Assembly: GCA_965197645.1 (NCBI GenBank)
Contig: OZ240219.1
Span: 2,944,001-3,008,000, forward strand
DNA: 64,000 bases
Direction of reading: 5' to 3'
Origin: Dehalococcoidia bacterium
GTDB taxonomy: Bacteria > Chloroflexota > Dehalococcoidia > Plut-88900
Position numbers and translations under genes: made by a program. The notes under the pieces were generated by a model. The model saw only the letters and a list, made by a program, of their open reading frames with translations, searched no databases and was not told where the DNA came from. Below are positions 37,820-47,728 of this stretch, piece by piece (within the stretch, counting starts at the first letter, position 1; every line of letters starts with the position of its first letter).

Positions 37820-40123
37820 TTGAAGAAGCTGATTGAACGAATCACGAGGCGCGGAGCGGGGAGCATCCCGGACGGGACCTCCGCTCCGCCTGAGACGCCG
37901 GAAGCGGGACTCTCGGCCAACCCGCACGACGCGGAACGGGAGCCCACGGCTCCCAAGCTCCCTCCCGAGCTGCCCCTCTTCTTCATGCTGTCGCACCTGG
38001 ACGACGACGGACCGGTGCGCCTGGACGGGGTGAAGCTCGGCGTGTGTGAGGTGATGGGCCTTGAGATCGACGAGCCGAAGCTGGGGGCCTTCGCCGGGGC
38101 GCTCAACGCCCTGGACTTCCCGGCCCAGTTGCTCATCAGACAGCACCCGCCGCGCCTTGAACGCCTGAGAGAGAACCTCAAGCAGGCCCAGCCGGAGGAC
38201 CTGCCCCCGCAGACCAGGGCCGCCGCCGAGTCCCTTCAGCGTCTCTTGACCGAGCTGGAGGCCCGCGACGGCATCCTCGACCGGCGCTTCTACGCTGTGT
38301 GCGAGTTCTCGCGCATCGACGATCTGCGCGGCCTGCTGGCAAGGGCCGGGCTGTCCGTCCATACCCTCAGAGGCCGCCAGCTTCGGATGATGCTCGTATC
38401 GGCCGCACTGGGCGGCTCACCTTCCGAGTTCGACGAGGACGCCCCCGTCGAGGTCGAGGTCAACCGACGCGACGTGCGCGTCGGAGACCGGCTGGTCCGC
38501 TCCCTTCACCTGGGCAAGTGGCCCCGGTCGCTGGCCCCCGGCTTCCTGCAAGGGCTCATGGCGGCGGGAGCGCCGATGGACCTGTCCGTCCACGTCGGCC
38601 CGATACCGGCTGAGCAGGCGGCCAGGACGCTGGAGTGGCAGAAGGTCCGCTTCGAGTCGGCGCAGTCCCTCTCATTCAAGCGGGGCCGCACCATGTCCCC
38701 GGAGGCGGAGATCGCCCTGGAGGACATCACCCGGCTCCGCGACGAGGTGCAGCGGGGCAGGGAGCGGCTCTTCCACGCCTCCCTCTCCGTGACCCTTCAC
38801 GCGAAGGACGAGGCTTCCCTGAAGGAGATGACCCAGCGGGCCAAGGCCCACTTCGCCGCCACCCTGGGCAAGCTCGACGCCCTGGCCTTCCGGCAGCGCG
38901 AGGGCCTGTTGTCCACGCTGCCGCTGGCCCTGAACGCCGTGGCCGAGTGGCGCAGCCTGGACACGTCCAGCATCGCCCGTCTCTTCCCCTTCTCGCCCCC
39001 GGACCTGGACACCCGGAGCGGCACGCTCTACGGCATCGACATGCGGGCCTGCTCCCCCGTGGTCTACGACCCCTGGGACGGCACCCACCTGAACGCGAAC
39101 ACGGCGGTATTGGCCCGCTCCGGCTCAGGCAAATCCTTCGCCACCAAGCTGGGAGTATTGCGCGGCATCACTCGCGGCGTCACCGCCTACGTCATCGACC
39201 CCGAAGGCGAGTACGCGGACATGGCCCGCGCAGCGGGCGGCAGGGTGCTGTCCCCCGGAGTGCCGGGCGAGGGCATGAACCCCTTCGTCATCGACAAGGG
39301 AGACTCCGAGGAGATGCTCCAGCGCATCGGCAGCCTGCGCAGGCTCATTGAGGTCATGGTGGGAGAGAGCCTCGGCGCGGAGCGCCGCGCCTCCCTCGAC
39401 CACGCCCTGGCGGGCTACTACTCCCAGCCCCGCGAACGCACCGGTTTCAGGGACTTCTACAAGTACCTTCAGGAAGACGAGGCGGGCGACCGAGACCCCG
39501 AATCGAGTTCGGGGCAGGCTCTGGCCCGCCTGCTGCGGCCCTTCGCCACCGGCAGCCTCCGCCACCTGCTCTCCGACGAGGGCGACGACCTGCTCGGCAA
39601 CGAGGCCCTGGTCACGGTCTTCGACCTTCGATTGCTCGAACCGGAGCTTCGGCCCGCCGCCGCGATGGTCTGCACCGAGACGGTGTGGGCCGCGGCCGCC
39701 CAGGACCCGAAGCCCCGCCTGCTGGTCGTGGACGAGGTGTGGAGCATCATGCAGCACCCCGAGGGCGCGGCCTTCATGGTCAGCATGGCGAAGCGGGCGC
39801 GCAAGCACCGGCTCGGACTCCAGTTCATCACCCAGGACGTGCAGGACCTCCTCTCCGAGGACACGTCTAGGACCATCACCGGACATTCCGGTCGCGCCCT
39901 GCTACAGAACGCCGCCTTCAAGCTGCTTCTCCAGCAGGACGCCGCGGCTATCAGCACGGTCGGCGACGCCTTCGACCTGCCCCAGGACCTCCAACGCTGG
40001 CTGCTGTCCTGCCCCAGGGGAGACGGCCTGCTGCTGGCGAAGGGCAACCGCTTCCCCGTCCGCATCGAGGCGACCCCGGAGGAGACGGCGGTCATCGAGT
40101 GGCGGCCGGGCCAGCACAGGTAG
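37820..40123 (+). CDS. VirB4/TraC-like conjugation ATPase
   Basis: Walker A ARSGSGKS, VIDPEGEY, Walker B LLVVDEVW, KRARKH...ITQDVQD; TTG start inferred. Confidence 0.92.
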   Translation: MKKLIERITRRGAGSIPDGTSAPPETPEAGLSANPHDAEREPTAPKLPPELPLFFMLSHLDDDGPVRLDGVKLGVCEVMGLEIDEPKLGAFAGALNALDFPAQLLIRQHPPRLERLRENLKQAQPEDLPPQTRAAAESLQRLLTELEARDGILDRRFYAVCEFSRIDDLRGLLARAGLSVHTLRGRQLRMMLVSAALGGSPSEFDEDAPVEVEVNRRDVRVGDRLVRSLHLGKWPRSLAPGFLQGLMAAGAPMDLSVHVGPIPAEQAARTLEWQKVRFESAQSLSFKRGRTMSPEAEIALEDITRLRDEVQRGRERLFHASLSVTLHAKDEASLKEMTQRAKAHFAATLGKLDALAFRQREGLLSTLPLALNAVAEWRSLDTSSIARLFPFSPPDLDTRSGTLYGIDMRACSPVVYDPWDGTHLNANTAVLARSGSGKSFATKLGVLRGITRGVTAYVIDPEGEYADMARAAGGRVLSPGVPGEGMNPFVIDKGDSEEMLQRIGSLRRLIEVMVGESLGAERRASLDHALAGYYSQPRERTGFRDFYKYLQEDEAGDRDPESSSGQALARLLRPFATGSLRHLLSDEGDDLLGNEALVTVFDLRLLEPELRPAAAMVCTETVWAAAAQDPKPRLLVVDEVWSIMQHPEGAAFMVSMAKRARKHRLGLQFITQDVQDLLSEDTSRTITGHSGRALLQNAAFKLLLQQDAAAISTVGDAFDLPQDLQRWLLSCPRGDGLLLAKGNRFPVRIEATPEETAVIEWRPGQHR
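39496..39522 (-). repeat. REP-like palindromic element inserted in frame in VirB4
   Basis: CCCCGAATCGAGTTCGGGGCAGGCTCT encodes (D)PESSSGQA(L). Confidence 0.8.
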
Positions 40124-40175
40124 AGAACGCAACGACGGACACGCAGAGAGAACGCCAATAGAGAGGAGTAGAGCA

Positions 40176-42668
40176 TTGAAGCTGAACCCGAAGAACATCC
40201 TGTTTGGAGACGACAAAGAGAAGAAAGGCCCCGTCCTGCTGGCGGTGACGCCGCCGAGGGCCGGGGAGCGCACCCTGCTGGGCGTGGAGAACCTCCTCCA
40301 GTCCATCGCCGTGCCGGAGCCCTTCTCCCTAGAGCTGGCCGGGGACGTGGACGGCGTGATTTTGATGGCCCGCTGCCTGGACGACCAGGTGGTGCGGGGC
40401 CAGCTCTCGGCCCACTACCCCCAGGCGCGCATCCAGAAGGTGGAGCCGGAGGACGATCCCCTGCGCCTCGACGAGGGCGAGCAGGCGTGGTCGATCACGC
40501 TGCGGGCCGACGGCCCCGAGTACGTCCCCCTGAGAACCTTCCGCGACGACGACCTGCTCGACCCCGGCTCGGACCCCCTCATCGCCCTGATGGGCGCTCT
40601 GTCGGCCCTCCACGAGAGGGAGCGCGTGGTGGCGCGGCTGATGCTGCGCTCCCTGGGTCCCGACTGGTCGCAGCCCCACATGGAGAAGGCCCACAAGCGG
40701 CCCGGCATGGAGCCGAGGGAGCCCGCCTACACCTACCAGACCAAGCCGTTGCAGATGGACGGAGTGACGATGGCCGTCCTGGGCCTGGGCGCGCTTGCCG
40801 CCCTCAAGGGCTACCTGTGGGTGCAGGACGGGGAGATATGGAAGGCGGCGCTCCTGGGGACGGGAATGGTCCTGGGGCTGGCCGCAGGCGGCTGGGGATG
40901 GTGGCGCTGGAAGAAGGCCAGCAAGCGGGTGGAAGACCCTCTGCTCATCAAGGAGAAGGTCTCCCGCATCGCCTTCGACGCCGAGCTTCAGGTCGTCGCC
41001 GTCGTGCCCGCGGACGCCGAGCCGCAGCGGGCCAGGGAGCTTCTGGGAACGGTGGCCGCCGCCTACCGCCACTACGACAACCCCGCAGGGGCGCGGTTCA
41101 GGGTGGGGAAGGTAAAGCCGGCCGTCCCCAACCCGGACATGCTGCACCCGGCTGGCCCCGGACTGTTCGGGAGGCGGAGCGTCCTGGGAGTCCGGGAGGC
41201 GGCCTGCCTCTGGCACCCGCCCGGCGCAGGCGACGAGACGCCCCTGGTGGAGCGCTCCGGCGCGAGGGCGCTCAGCCCCTCGGCGAAGGGCGTCAGGGGC
41301 GGCGCCCTGGTGGGAGACACCACCGCAGGGGCGAAGAGGGAGATCCGCTTCCCCGCAGACCTGCTGCGCCGCCACCACCTCTACGTCGCCCGCACCCGCA
41401 TGGGCAAGTCAACCCTCATGCACCACCTCGTCACGCACAAGATGCGGGAGAAGGCCGAGGGCAGGGACCCCGACGCCATCGTGGTCATAGACCCCCACAC
41501 CGACCTGGTGGCCGGCATCCTCGAACACGTCCCCGAGTCCCTCGTCGGCAGGGTGCGGCTCATCGACCTGTCCGACGAGACGCGCTCCCCCGGCATCAAC
41601 CTGCTGGACACCCGCATCTTCGCCGACCGGGACCGCACCGCCGACTCGGTGGTGCGCGTCGCCAAGGGCCTGTGGGAGCAGTGGGGGCCGAGGATGCAGT
41701 CCATTCTCGAACAGACGGTGAAGACCCTTCACGAGGCCAACGAGCAAGTGGAGGCGGACAGGCAGTACACCATCCTCGACGGCCTCAAGCTCCTGTCGGA
41801 CGAGCCCTTCCGCAAGGACGTGCTCAAGAAGGTCTCCGACCCCTATCTCCTGGAGTGGTGGGCCAGGGACTTCGGCAGCTGGCACCGCCAGTACCGGGCC
41901 GAGGCCCTGGCGCCCGTGCAGACCCGCCTCTCCTACTACGCGTCCTCCAAGCGGGCGCGGGCCATCCTGGGCCAGCGCCGCTCCACCATCGACCTGCGAA
42001 AGACGATCCACGACGGCGGCGTCCTGCTCGTCTCAACCGCCCAGGGCGTCGTCGGCAGGGACGTGGCCGCCCTGGTGGGCGCGTCCCTCCTCAACCTCGT
42101 GGACGCCGTGATCCGGGAGCAGGCAAGCCTGCCATTGCACCGGCGCAGGGGCGCGCTGGTGGTGGTGGACGAGATGCAGTCGATGCCCGGCGTGGACTAC
42201 GAGTCGATGCTCTCCGAGCTGGGCAAGTTCGGAGCGAGCTTCATCCTCGCCACCCAGAGCCTCGCCAAGCTGGACGACCTCTCCCGCACCATGCGCGACA
42301 CCCTGCTCGCCAACGTGGGCTGCCTGGCCGTCTTCCAGGTCGCTGGCAACGACGCCAGGACGCTGGTGTGGGAGCTGGGCAAGGAGCGGGTGACCGAGGA
42401 CGACATCACCTCGCTGCCCGTCCACCACTGCTACGTCCGCGCCACCGTGGGGACGGAGCGGATGCCCGCCTTCTCGATGATGGTCAGAAAGCCCGAGGAG
42501 GGAGAAGCCGCCGTCGCCGACCGCATCCGCGAGGCCGCCTCCGCATACACGGTCTCCCACAGGCGGGTGGACTACGGCGACGCCGACGGCCACAGGAAGG
42601 TGGACGACTACCGCAAGGGCATAGACGACCTCGAAAACGACGAGCAGGGAGAGGAGGCCGGGGAATGA
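40176..42668 (+). CDS. VirD4/TraD-like type IV coupling protein
   Basis: Walker A ARTRMGKS, VIDPH, Walker B VVVDEMQ, ILATQS, LANVG; 2 TM helices; GAGGAG-TTG start. Confidence 0.92.
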   Translation: MKLNPKNILFGDDKEKKGPVLLAVTPPRAGERTLLGVENLLQSIAVPEPFSLELAGDVDGVILMARCLDDQVVRGQLSAHYPQARIQKVEPEDDPLRLDEGEQAWSITLRADGPEYVPLRTFRDDDLLDPGSDPLIALMGALSALHERERVVARLMLRSLGPDWSQPHMEKAHKRPGMEPREPAYTYQTKPLQMDGVTMAVLGLGALAALKGYLWVQDGEIWKAALLGTGMVLGLAAGGWGWWRWKKASKRVEDPLLIKEKVSRIAFDAELQVVAVVPADAEPQRARELLGTVAAAYRHYDNPAGARFRVGKVKPAVPNPDMLHPAGPGLFGRRSVLGVREAACLWHPPGAGDETPLVERSGARALSPSAKGVRGGALVGDTTAGAKREIRFPADLLRRHHLYVARTRMGKSTLMHHLVTHKMREKAEGRDPDAIVVIDPHTDLVAGILEHVPESLVGRVRLIDLSDETRSPGINLLDTRIFADRDRTADSVVRVAKGLWEQWGPRMQSILEQTVKTLHEANEQVEADRQYTILDGLKLLSDEPFRKDVLKKVSDPYLLEWWARDFGSWHRQYRAEALAPVQTRLSYYASSKRARAILGQRRSTIDLRKTIHDGGVLLVSTAQGVVGRDVAALVGASLLNLVDAVIREQASLPLHRRRGALVVVDEMQSMPGVDYESMLSELGKFGASFILATQSLAKLDDLSRTMRDTLLANVGCLAVFQVAGNDARTLVWELGKERVTEDDITSLPVHHCYVRATVGTERMPAFSMMVRKPEEGEAAVADRIREAASAYTVSHRRVDYGDADGHRKVDDYRKGIDDLENDEQGEEAGE

Positions 42669-44317
42669 GACCCGAAGGATGCGAGGCCCGGCTGCTCCGC
42701 GCCCTGGCGTCCATGCCCTTCCTGGACAGGACGGAGATGGTCGCCGTCACCGGCCGGTCCAGGGGCGCGGTCTACGAGGCTGTCGAGAGGCTGGAAGCCT
42801 CCGGCCTCTGCGCCTCCGTGCTCCACGCCACGGAGCTGGTCCCCCAGGCCCGCAGATTCCACCTCACCGAATCTGGCCTGCGCAGGCTCGCCGAAGAAGA
42901 GGGCATGTCGCTAGACGAGCTGGTGCGCTCCCATCCCGTGTCCGCCCAGTGGCGGCGCAGCCTGATGGAGCGCCTCGACGCCGTGGCCGTCATATATCAC
43001 CTGGCCTCCGCCGTCTCGGACGTGGCCTACCCCATCCGGTTCCGCTGGTACCGCTCCATCCCCCTCGACGCCGCCATGACGCTGCCCGACGGGAGGACCG
43101 TGGGCATCGTCCGGCAGGGACTCACCGCCGACAGGTCGGGCTTCTCCGGGCGGCTCAGGCGGCTGCAAGGCGGCCCCATCCCCGGAACGCTTCTGGTCCT
43201 CATGGCCGACGACGTGCGGCTCAGGCACGCCCGCAGGGTGCTGTCGAACATCGACGTGCCGGCCCTTCTCGCCGTGGAACGCGAGGTGGTGCGAGCCGGG
43301 GCGGACGAGCGGATATGGACGCCCTCGGAGATCAGCGCCGACATCTCCCTGCGCTACGAGCTGGAACGGGCGGCCCCCGGAGGCGGGCTGCCCCACGAGC
43401 CGGAACCCGGACGGGCCGACGCGCCCTCCGACCTTTCCGGCAGGGCAGCGGCGGCGGACATCCCCGACCACATGCTGCCCGTCACCCTCAGCTCCGCCGA
43501 GAAGCGCGCCCTGGACCTGATATCCGATTGGCCCTGGACCGCCCTCGATGAGCTGGCCGGGCTGATGGGCGTGACGCCCCAGAGGGCGTCCCAGGTCGTC
43601 ATACCCCTCGAAGGATTCGGCCTCGCAGCCCGCCACCGCGACAGGGGCGGACGGCTGGCCCTCACCGACCGGGGGCTGGCGCTGCTGGCCCGCAGGGACC
43701 GCACCTCCGTAGTCCTGGCCAGGAGGCGGTGGAGCATCGCCCCGCAGGACCCCGACGCCCCCTTCGAGTGGCGCAACCTGTCCGGCGGCAGGAGCCGCCA
43801 GCTTCTCAGGAACATGGAGCACACCGCCGCCGTCCACGGGTTCCTGGCCGCGCTCACCGCCCAGGCCCCCCTCCTGGGGTGGGAGGTCGTCCAGCTCGAC
43901 CCGCCCAGGAGGGCCTCCCGCCACTTCCGGCACGACGACCGGGCGCGCGCCGTCAACCCCGACGCCTTCGGCGCGCTCAGAAGGGACGAGACTACCTGGC
44001 CCTTCTTCCTGGAGTGGGAGCGCCGCGCCGTGCGGCCCTCAACCATGTCGGAGCGTCTCGCTCCATATCTGCGCTACTACTCATCTCACAGGCCCACCGA
44101 CGACCACGGCGCGAGACCCGCGGTCCTGGTCGTCTTCGACGACGACATCGCCGCCACCCACTTCCTGCGCGTGGCGCGGGAGGAGACCCACGAATCGAGA
44201 GTAAACGTGCCCCTGTGGGTGTCCCACAGGGAGGCCACCGACGCCCTGGGGCCGCTGGGACGCGCATGGCGCTCCCCCGGCGACTGGAACTCGACCCAGG
44301 CCCTGCCGCCTCAATGA
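42665..44317 (+). CDS. Replication-relaxation (Replic_Relax) family protein, probable relaxase, internally duplicated
   Basis: wHTH followed by LLRNMEHTAAVHGFL...VNPDAFG...FFLEWER...RLAPYLRYY...PAVLVVF; ATGA-coupled to VirD4. Confidence 0.78.
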   Translation: MRPEGCEARLLRALASMPFLDRTEMVAVTGRSRGAVYEAVERLEASGLCASVLHATELVPQARRFHLTESGLRRLAEEEGMSLDELVRSHPVSAQWRRSLMERLDAVAVIYHLASAVSDVAYPIRFRWYRSIPLDAAMTLPDGRTVGIVRQGLTADRSGFSGRLRRLQGGPIPGTLLVLMADDVRLRHARRVLSNIDVPALLAVEREVVRAGADERIWTPSEISADISLRYELERAAPGGGLPHEPEPGRADAPSDLSGRAAAADIPDHMLPVTLSSAEKRALDLISDWPWTALDELAGLMGVTPQRASQVVIPLEGFGLAARHRDRGGRLALTDRGLALLARRDRTSVVLARRRWSIAPQDPDAPFEWRNLSGGRSRQLLRNMEHTAAVHGFLAALTAQAPLLGWEVVQLDPPRRASRHFRHDDRARAVNPDAFGALRRDETTWPFFLEWERRAVRPSTMSERLAPYLRYYSSHRPTDDHGARPAVLVVFDDDIAATHFLRVAREETHESRVNVPLWVSHREATDALGPLGRAWRSPGDWNSTQALPPQ

Positions 44318-44337
44318 AAGACGAGGGACGGGAAGAT

Positions 44338-44604
44338 ATGAAACATAAAGACGCCAACCAATCGAAAGGCCCCCGGAGGCGCGGAGGACGGACTGTTGTC
44401 CGGCTCGATACGGCGGCCGTCTGGAAGCGGCTCGCTCTGCTGAACCGCTCCCAGAACTGGCTCGCCAGGGAGATCGGGGTCAGCCCCGGATACGTCTCGA
44501 TGCTGGTCAACACGGGGCGCTCGCCCTCCGGTCGCATCCGCCGCCGGATGCTCAAGGCCCTGGAACTGACCGAGTTCGGAGACCTATTCAGATTGGAGGA
44601 GTAG
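44338..44604 (+). CDS. Cro-like XRE HTH regulator
   Basis: RTVVRLDTAAVWKRLALLNRSQNWLAREIGVSPGYVSMLVNTGRSPSGRIRRRML; paralogue of 8322-8567. Confidence 0.85.
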   Translation: MKHKDANQSKGPRRRGGRTVVRLDTAAVWKRLALLNRSQNWLAREIGVSPGYVSMLVNTGRSPSGRIRRRMLKALELTEFGDLFRLEE

Positions 44605-44606
44605 CA

Positions 44607-44936
44607 ATGAACAACTTCAACGACCCGTCCCGTCACAACGGGACCACGCACCACACCACCCTCGAAGACCTGGCGCTGCCCATAGAGAGCGGCGTCTTCC
44701 CCGAGGACTTCCCCCGGTGCCTCGTGCGCCTCAAGGAGGCCAGCGGCCTCTCCTGGCGCGGCATGGCCAGAGCCCTCGGCGTGGACCCCAAGCAGCTGCG
44801 CAGGTGGCGCAGGGGCGTCGAGCCCGGTGGGGGAGCCATGCTCTCCCTCCTGCGCTTCGCCAGCCGCGTCCCCGGAGGCGTCCAGATCCTCATGGGCGAC
44901 GGCTTCCAGATGACCCTCTTCGAGGACGTTAGCTAG
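44607..44936 (+). CDS. Small XRE-like HTH protein
   Basis: FPEDFPRCLVRLKEASGLSWRGMARALGVDPKQLRRWRRGVEPGGGA; paralogue of 8015-8335. Confidence 0.82.
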   Translation: MNNFNDPSRHNGTTHHTTLEDLALPIESGVFPEDFPRCLVRLKEASGLSWRGMARALGVDPKQLRRWRRGVEPGGGAMLSLLRFASRVPGGVQILMGDGFQMTLFEDVS

Positions 44937-45092
44937 ACCGGAGGCCCCGCCGGGCGCACCGCGCAACGGCGGCGCGGCGGGGCCGGAACCGACGCCGCCT
45001 GCGCTCGCCCCTTCCGTCGGCGCAGGCGGCCTGTCACAGACCTGAAACGAGAGGCCAGCGGCCCAACCGATTCGCCGCTGCGACTATGCACC

Positions 45093-45296
45093 ATGAAAGA
45101 TACCACCGGAAAGAACCAAAGCAACGGAGAGGAGCAGACGGGCGAGGACGCCCCGGAGGTGTCCTACACCCCGGAGCAGCGGAGGCTCATCCGCAAGGGC
45201 CTGCGCATCTGGGCAAGGGTCGCCATCCGCTCCTACATGCGAAAGCACGGGGCCGGTTCCCTCACCGTAGACGACGACGCCGAGGAGGAGGACTGA
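45093..45296 (+). CDS. Small hypothetical protein (possible recombination directionality factor)
   Basis: YTPEQRRLIRKGLRIWARVAIRSYMRK; co-oriented upstream of the serine recombinase. Function inferred from position only. Confidence 0.55.
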   Translation: MKDTTGKNQSNGEEQTGEDAPEVSYTPEQRRLIRKGLRIWARVAIRSYMRKHGAGSLTVDDDAEEED

Positions 45297-45363
45297 TGAC
45301 CCCCGCAGGAGCCGGGAGACTGAGATGTGCGGGAAGAAGGCACGCGGCCAGCGCCGCAACGTC

Positions 45364-45720
45364 CTAGTACAGGATCATGTGAGTGGGGACCAGCCGTTGA
45401 GCCTCCGGGTCCACCGCCAAGGCCAGACCCTCCAGAGTGTAGGCCCCCAGCAGCGGAGGGGCCTCGTCCTCTCCAAAGACCACGATGGTGACCACGCTCT
45501 CCCCGTCTATCGTGGCCCACGCCTGGCCGTAGTCCATCTCGATGCGACGCCCGTCCGCCAGCAGGAACCGGCGCTTGCCCGTGGCCTCGATACCCAACTC
45601 GCGGAGAAGGTTCGAGGGAAGCGTCGTGAACGATGCGCCGGTGTCCACCGTCGCCTCTATGTCCCGGGCCTGTTGGCCGTCCATGCTGGCAATCCGCAGC
45701 GGCCACTTGAAAGTCCCCAT
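45364..45720 (-). CDS. Retropepsin-like (clan AA) aspartic protease
   Basis: ATVDTGASFTTLP...FLLADGR...PLLGAYTLEGL; GGAGAGG RBS. Confidence 0.88.
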   Translation of the reverse strand: MGTFKWPLRIASMDGQQARDIEATVDTGASFTTLPSNLLRELGIEATGKRRFLLADGRRIEMDYGQAWATIDGESVVTIVVFGEDEAPPLLGAYTLEGLALAVDPEAQRLVPTHMILY

Positions 45721-45857
45721 AGGGAAGCCTCTCCATTGCTATTTCTACCATCCCATTTTACCCGATTTGGAGGCCCTCTTACAGACGCCCGGCCGTTGCG
45801 TTCATGACAAGAGTATGATATTGTAATACACAGGAAGGCAAAAAAGAGAGAGAGTCC

Positions 45858-46055
45858 ATGCCCAGAAAGTCCAAGGTCATCAGCTTCTCAATGCCCCCGG
45901 AGATGGCGGAGCAGGTGCAGCAGGTGGTCGACGAGGAGGGCCGCACCGTGAGCGAGTTCCTCCGAGACGCCATCCGCCTGTACATGGACGAACGGGAGTG
46001 GCTGCGGCACGAGCGCCGCCAACGGGCGAAGGCCCGCAGGAACGAACAGGAATGA
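45858..46055 (+). CDS. Ribbon-helix-helix (CopG-like) regulator
   Basis: KVISFSMPPEMAEQVQQVVDEEGRTVSEFLRDAIRLY. Confidence 0.85.
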   Translation: MPRKSKVISFSMPPEMAEQVQQVVDEEGRTVSEFLRDAIRLYMDEREWLRHERRQRAKARRNEQE

Positions 46056-46072
46056 GCAAGGAGGAGGCACCC

Positions 46073-47728
46073 ATGAACCAGAACGCCGACTACACCCCCG
46101 CAGCCCTCTACGCCAGGGTCTCCAGCGACCGCCAGGACGTGGACCTGTCCGTGGCCGCCCAGCTCAGGGCGCTCAGGGACCACGCCCGCAAGAACGGCTA
46201 CATCGTCGCCCGCGAGTACGTGGACGAGGCCGAGAGCGGTCGCATCGCCGACCGCCCCGAGTTCCGCAAGATGATCGACGCGGCCAGCAAGACCAACGCT
46301 CCCTTCCGGGAGATTTTGGTATGGAAGTTTTCCCGCTTCACCCGCAAGCGGGAGCACGCCGTCGCCTTCAAGTCCATGCTACGGCGCAAGGGCGTCCGGG
46401 TGGTGTCCATCACCGAGCAGGCCGATGACACCCCCACCGGCAAGCTCCTTGAGGGAATCATCGAGTCCGTGGACGAATTTTACAGCGAAAATCTTGCCCA
46501 GGAGGTTACGCGGGGGATGCGGGAGGCGGCATCCAGGGGCTTCTGGGTCGCCAGCAGGACGCCCTACGGCTACAACAGGGTCATGGTGCAGGACGGACCC
46601 AAGAAGAGGCCCACCCTGGAACCCGACCCCGACGCGGCCCGCGTGGTCAAGCGCATCTTCGACATGGCCGAGGCCGGCACGGGGATGCTGAAGATCGCCC
46701 AGGCCCTCAACGACGTGGGCATCGCCAGCCCTGCGGGGAAGCTCTGGTCCAAGAACGGCATCCACTTCATCCTCAGAAACGAGGTCTACACGGGCGCCCT
46801 GGTCTGGGGCGCGAAGGGCAAGGGCAAGGATGAGCCGGTGCGGGTGGAGAAGGCGTTCCCCTCCATCGTCTCCAAGACCCGCTTCCGCCGCGTGAACCGG
46901 CTGATGCGCTCCCGCGCTCCCAAGAGGGCGCACCCCCGCAGGGTCGGGAGCACCTACCTGCTCAGCGGACTGGTCAAGTGCAAGGCGTGCAACAGGGCGC
47001 TCAGCGGCCAGGACGCCAAGAGCGGACAGTTCGCCTACTACGTCTGCCAGTCGATAATGAAGCGGGGCAAGGACGCCTGCGACACCCCCAGGCTCAACGC
47101 CCGCCGCTTTGAGGAGCTGGTGGTCGGCAAGATTCGCTCCAACATCCTAACCGAGAGCAGCATCACCGAGCTGGTGAAAGTCGTGGACGAGGAGATGGAC
47201 GGCGTGGCCCGCGAGCAGCGCAAGAGGCTTCAGACCGTCGAGGATGAGCTTGAGGACGTGAAGCGGAAGCTGGGCCGCATCTGGCACGTCATCGAGACGA
47301 CCGACATCGACATGGCCGACGCCGCAGGCCGCATCAAGGAGCACCGGGACCGGCAGGAGCGCCTTGAGGACGCGGCGGCGGAGGCGAGGGCCATCCTGGC
47401 CGACCGCAGGGCCGTCCTGGACGACGTGAACACCATCACCGCCTACGCCAAGGACATGAGGGACTTCCTGAACGAGAGCGAGCTGACCGAGCGCAGGGCC
47501 TTCATCGAGTCCTTCGTCAAGGAGATCGTCGTCATGCCCGGAGACGCCCTGATGCGCTACACCGTGCCCATGCCGGACGATTCCCTGATACCGGGAAGGG
47601 CCGCCGAAAAGGTGGCCCTGAACGGCTCAGTTCTGTCTACCGTCAAAAATGGTGGGCCTGCCAATACTGAATTCAGTCTGTCTCAGAAGGCCATTGCCCT
47701 CAGTCTGATCTCTGACCCGAGGGTCTGA
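46073..47728 (+). CDS. Large serine recombinase (integrase); last codons supplied by the IS end
   Basis: ALYARVSS catalytic Ser, SRFTR, recombinase domain (PYGY...ILRNEVYTG), zinc ribbon (LLSGLVKCKAC...YYVC), coiled coil; RBS GAGGAGG. Confidence 0.95.
   Translation: MNQNADYTPAALYARVSSDRQDVDLSVAAQLRALRDHARKNGYIVAREYVDEAESGRIADRPEFRKMIDAASKTNAPFREILVWKFSRFTRKREHAVAFKSMLRRKGVRVVSITEQADDTPTGKLLEGIIESVDEFYSENLAQEVTRGMREAASRGFWVASRTPYGYNRVMVQDGPKKRPTLEPDPDAARVVKRIFDMAEAGTGMLKIAQALNDVGIASPAGKLWSKNGIHFILRNEVYTGALVWGAKGKGKDEPVRVEKAFPSIVSKTRFRRVNRLMRSRAPKRAHPRRVGSTYLLSGLVKCKACNRALSGQDAKSGQFAYYVCQSIMKRGKDACDTPRLNARRFEELVVGKIRSNILTESSITELVKVVDEEMDGVAREQRKRLQTVEDELEDVKRKLGRIWHVIETTDIDMADAAGRIKEHRDRQERLEDAAAEARAILADRRAVLDDVNTITAYAKDMRDFLNESELTERRAFIESFVKEIVVMPGDALMRYTVPMPDDSLIPGRAAEKVALNGSVLSTVKNGGPANTEFSLSQKAIALSLISDPRV

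Larger units (their letters stand above)
30166..47660. mobile_element. Integrative conjugative element core (T4SS, coupling protein, Replic_Relax, large serine recombinase); left end undefined
   Basis: Contiguous very GC-rich block with a co-oriented, translationally coupled tra operon ending in a serine recombinase. Confidence 0.8.

Noticed and set aside
40487-42664. N-terminal ~725 aa of the 1276 aa ORF (similarly the extensions on ORFs 39348, 37349, 34417, 43729)
   Set aside because: Arg/Pro/Gly-rich alternative-frame read-through overlapping real tra genes. True starts are RBS-supported or coupled at 42665, 40176, 37820, 35440 and 44338.
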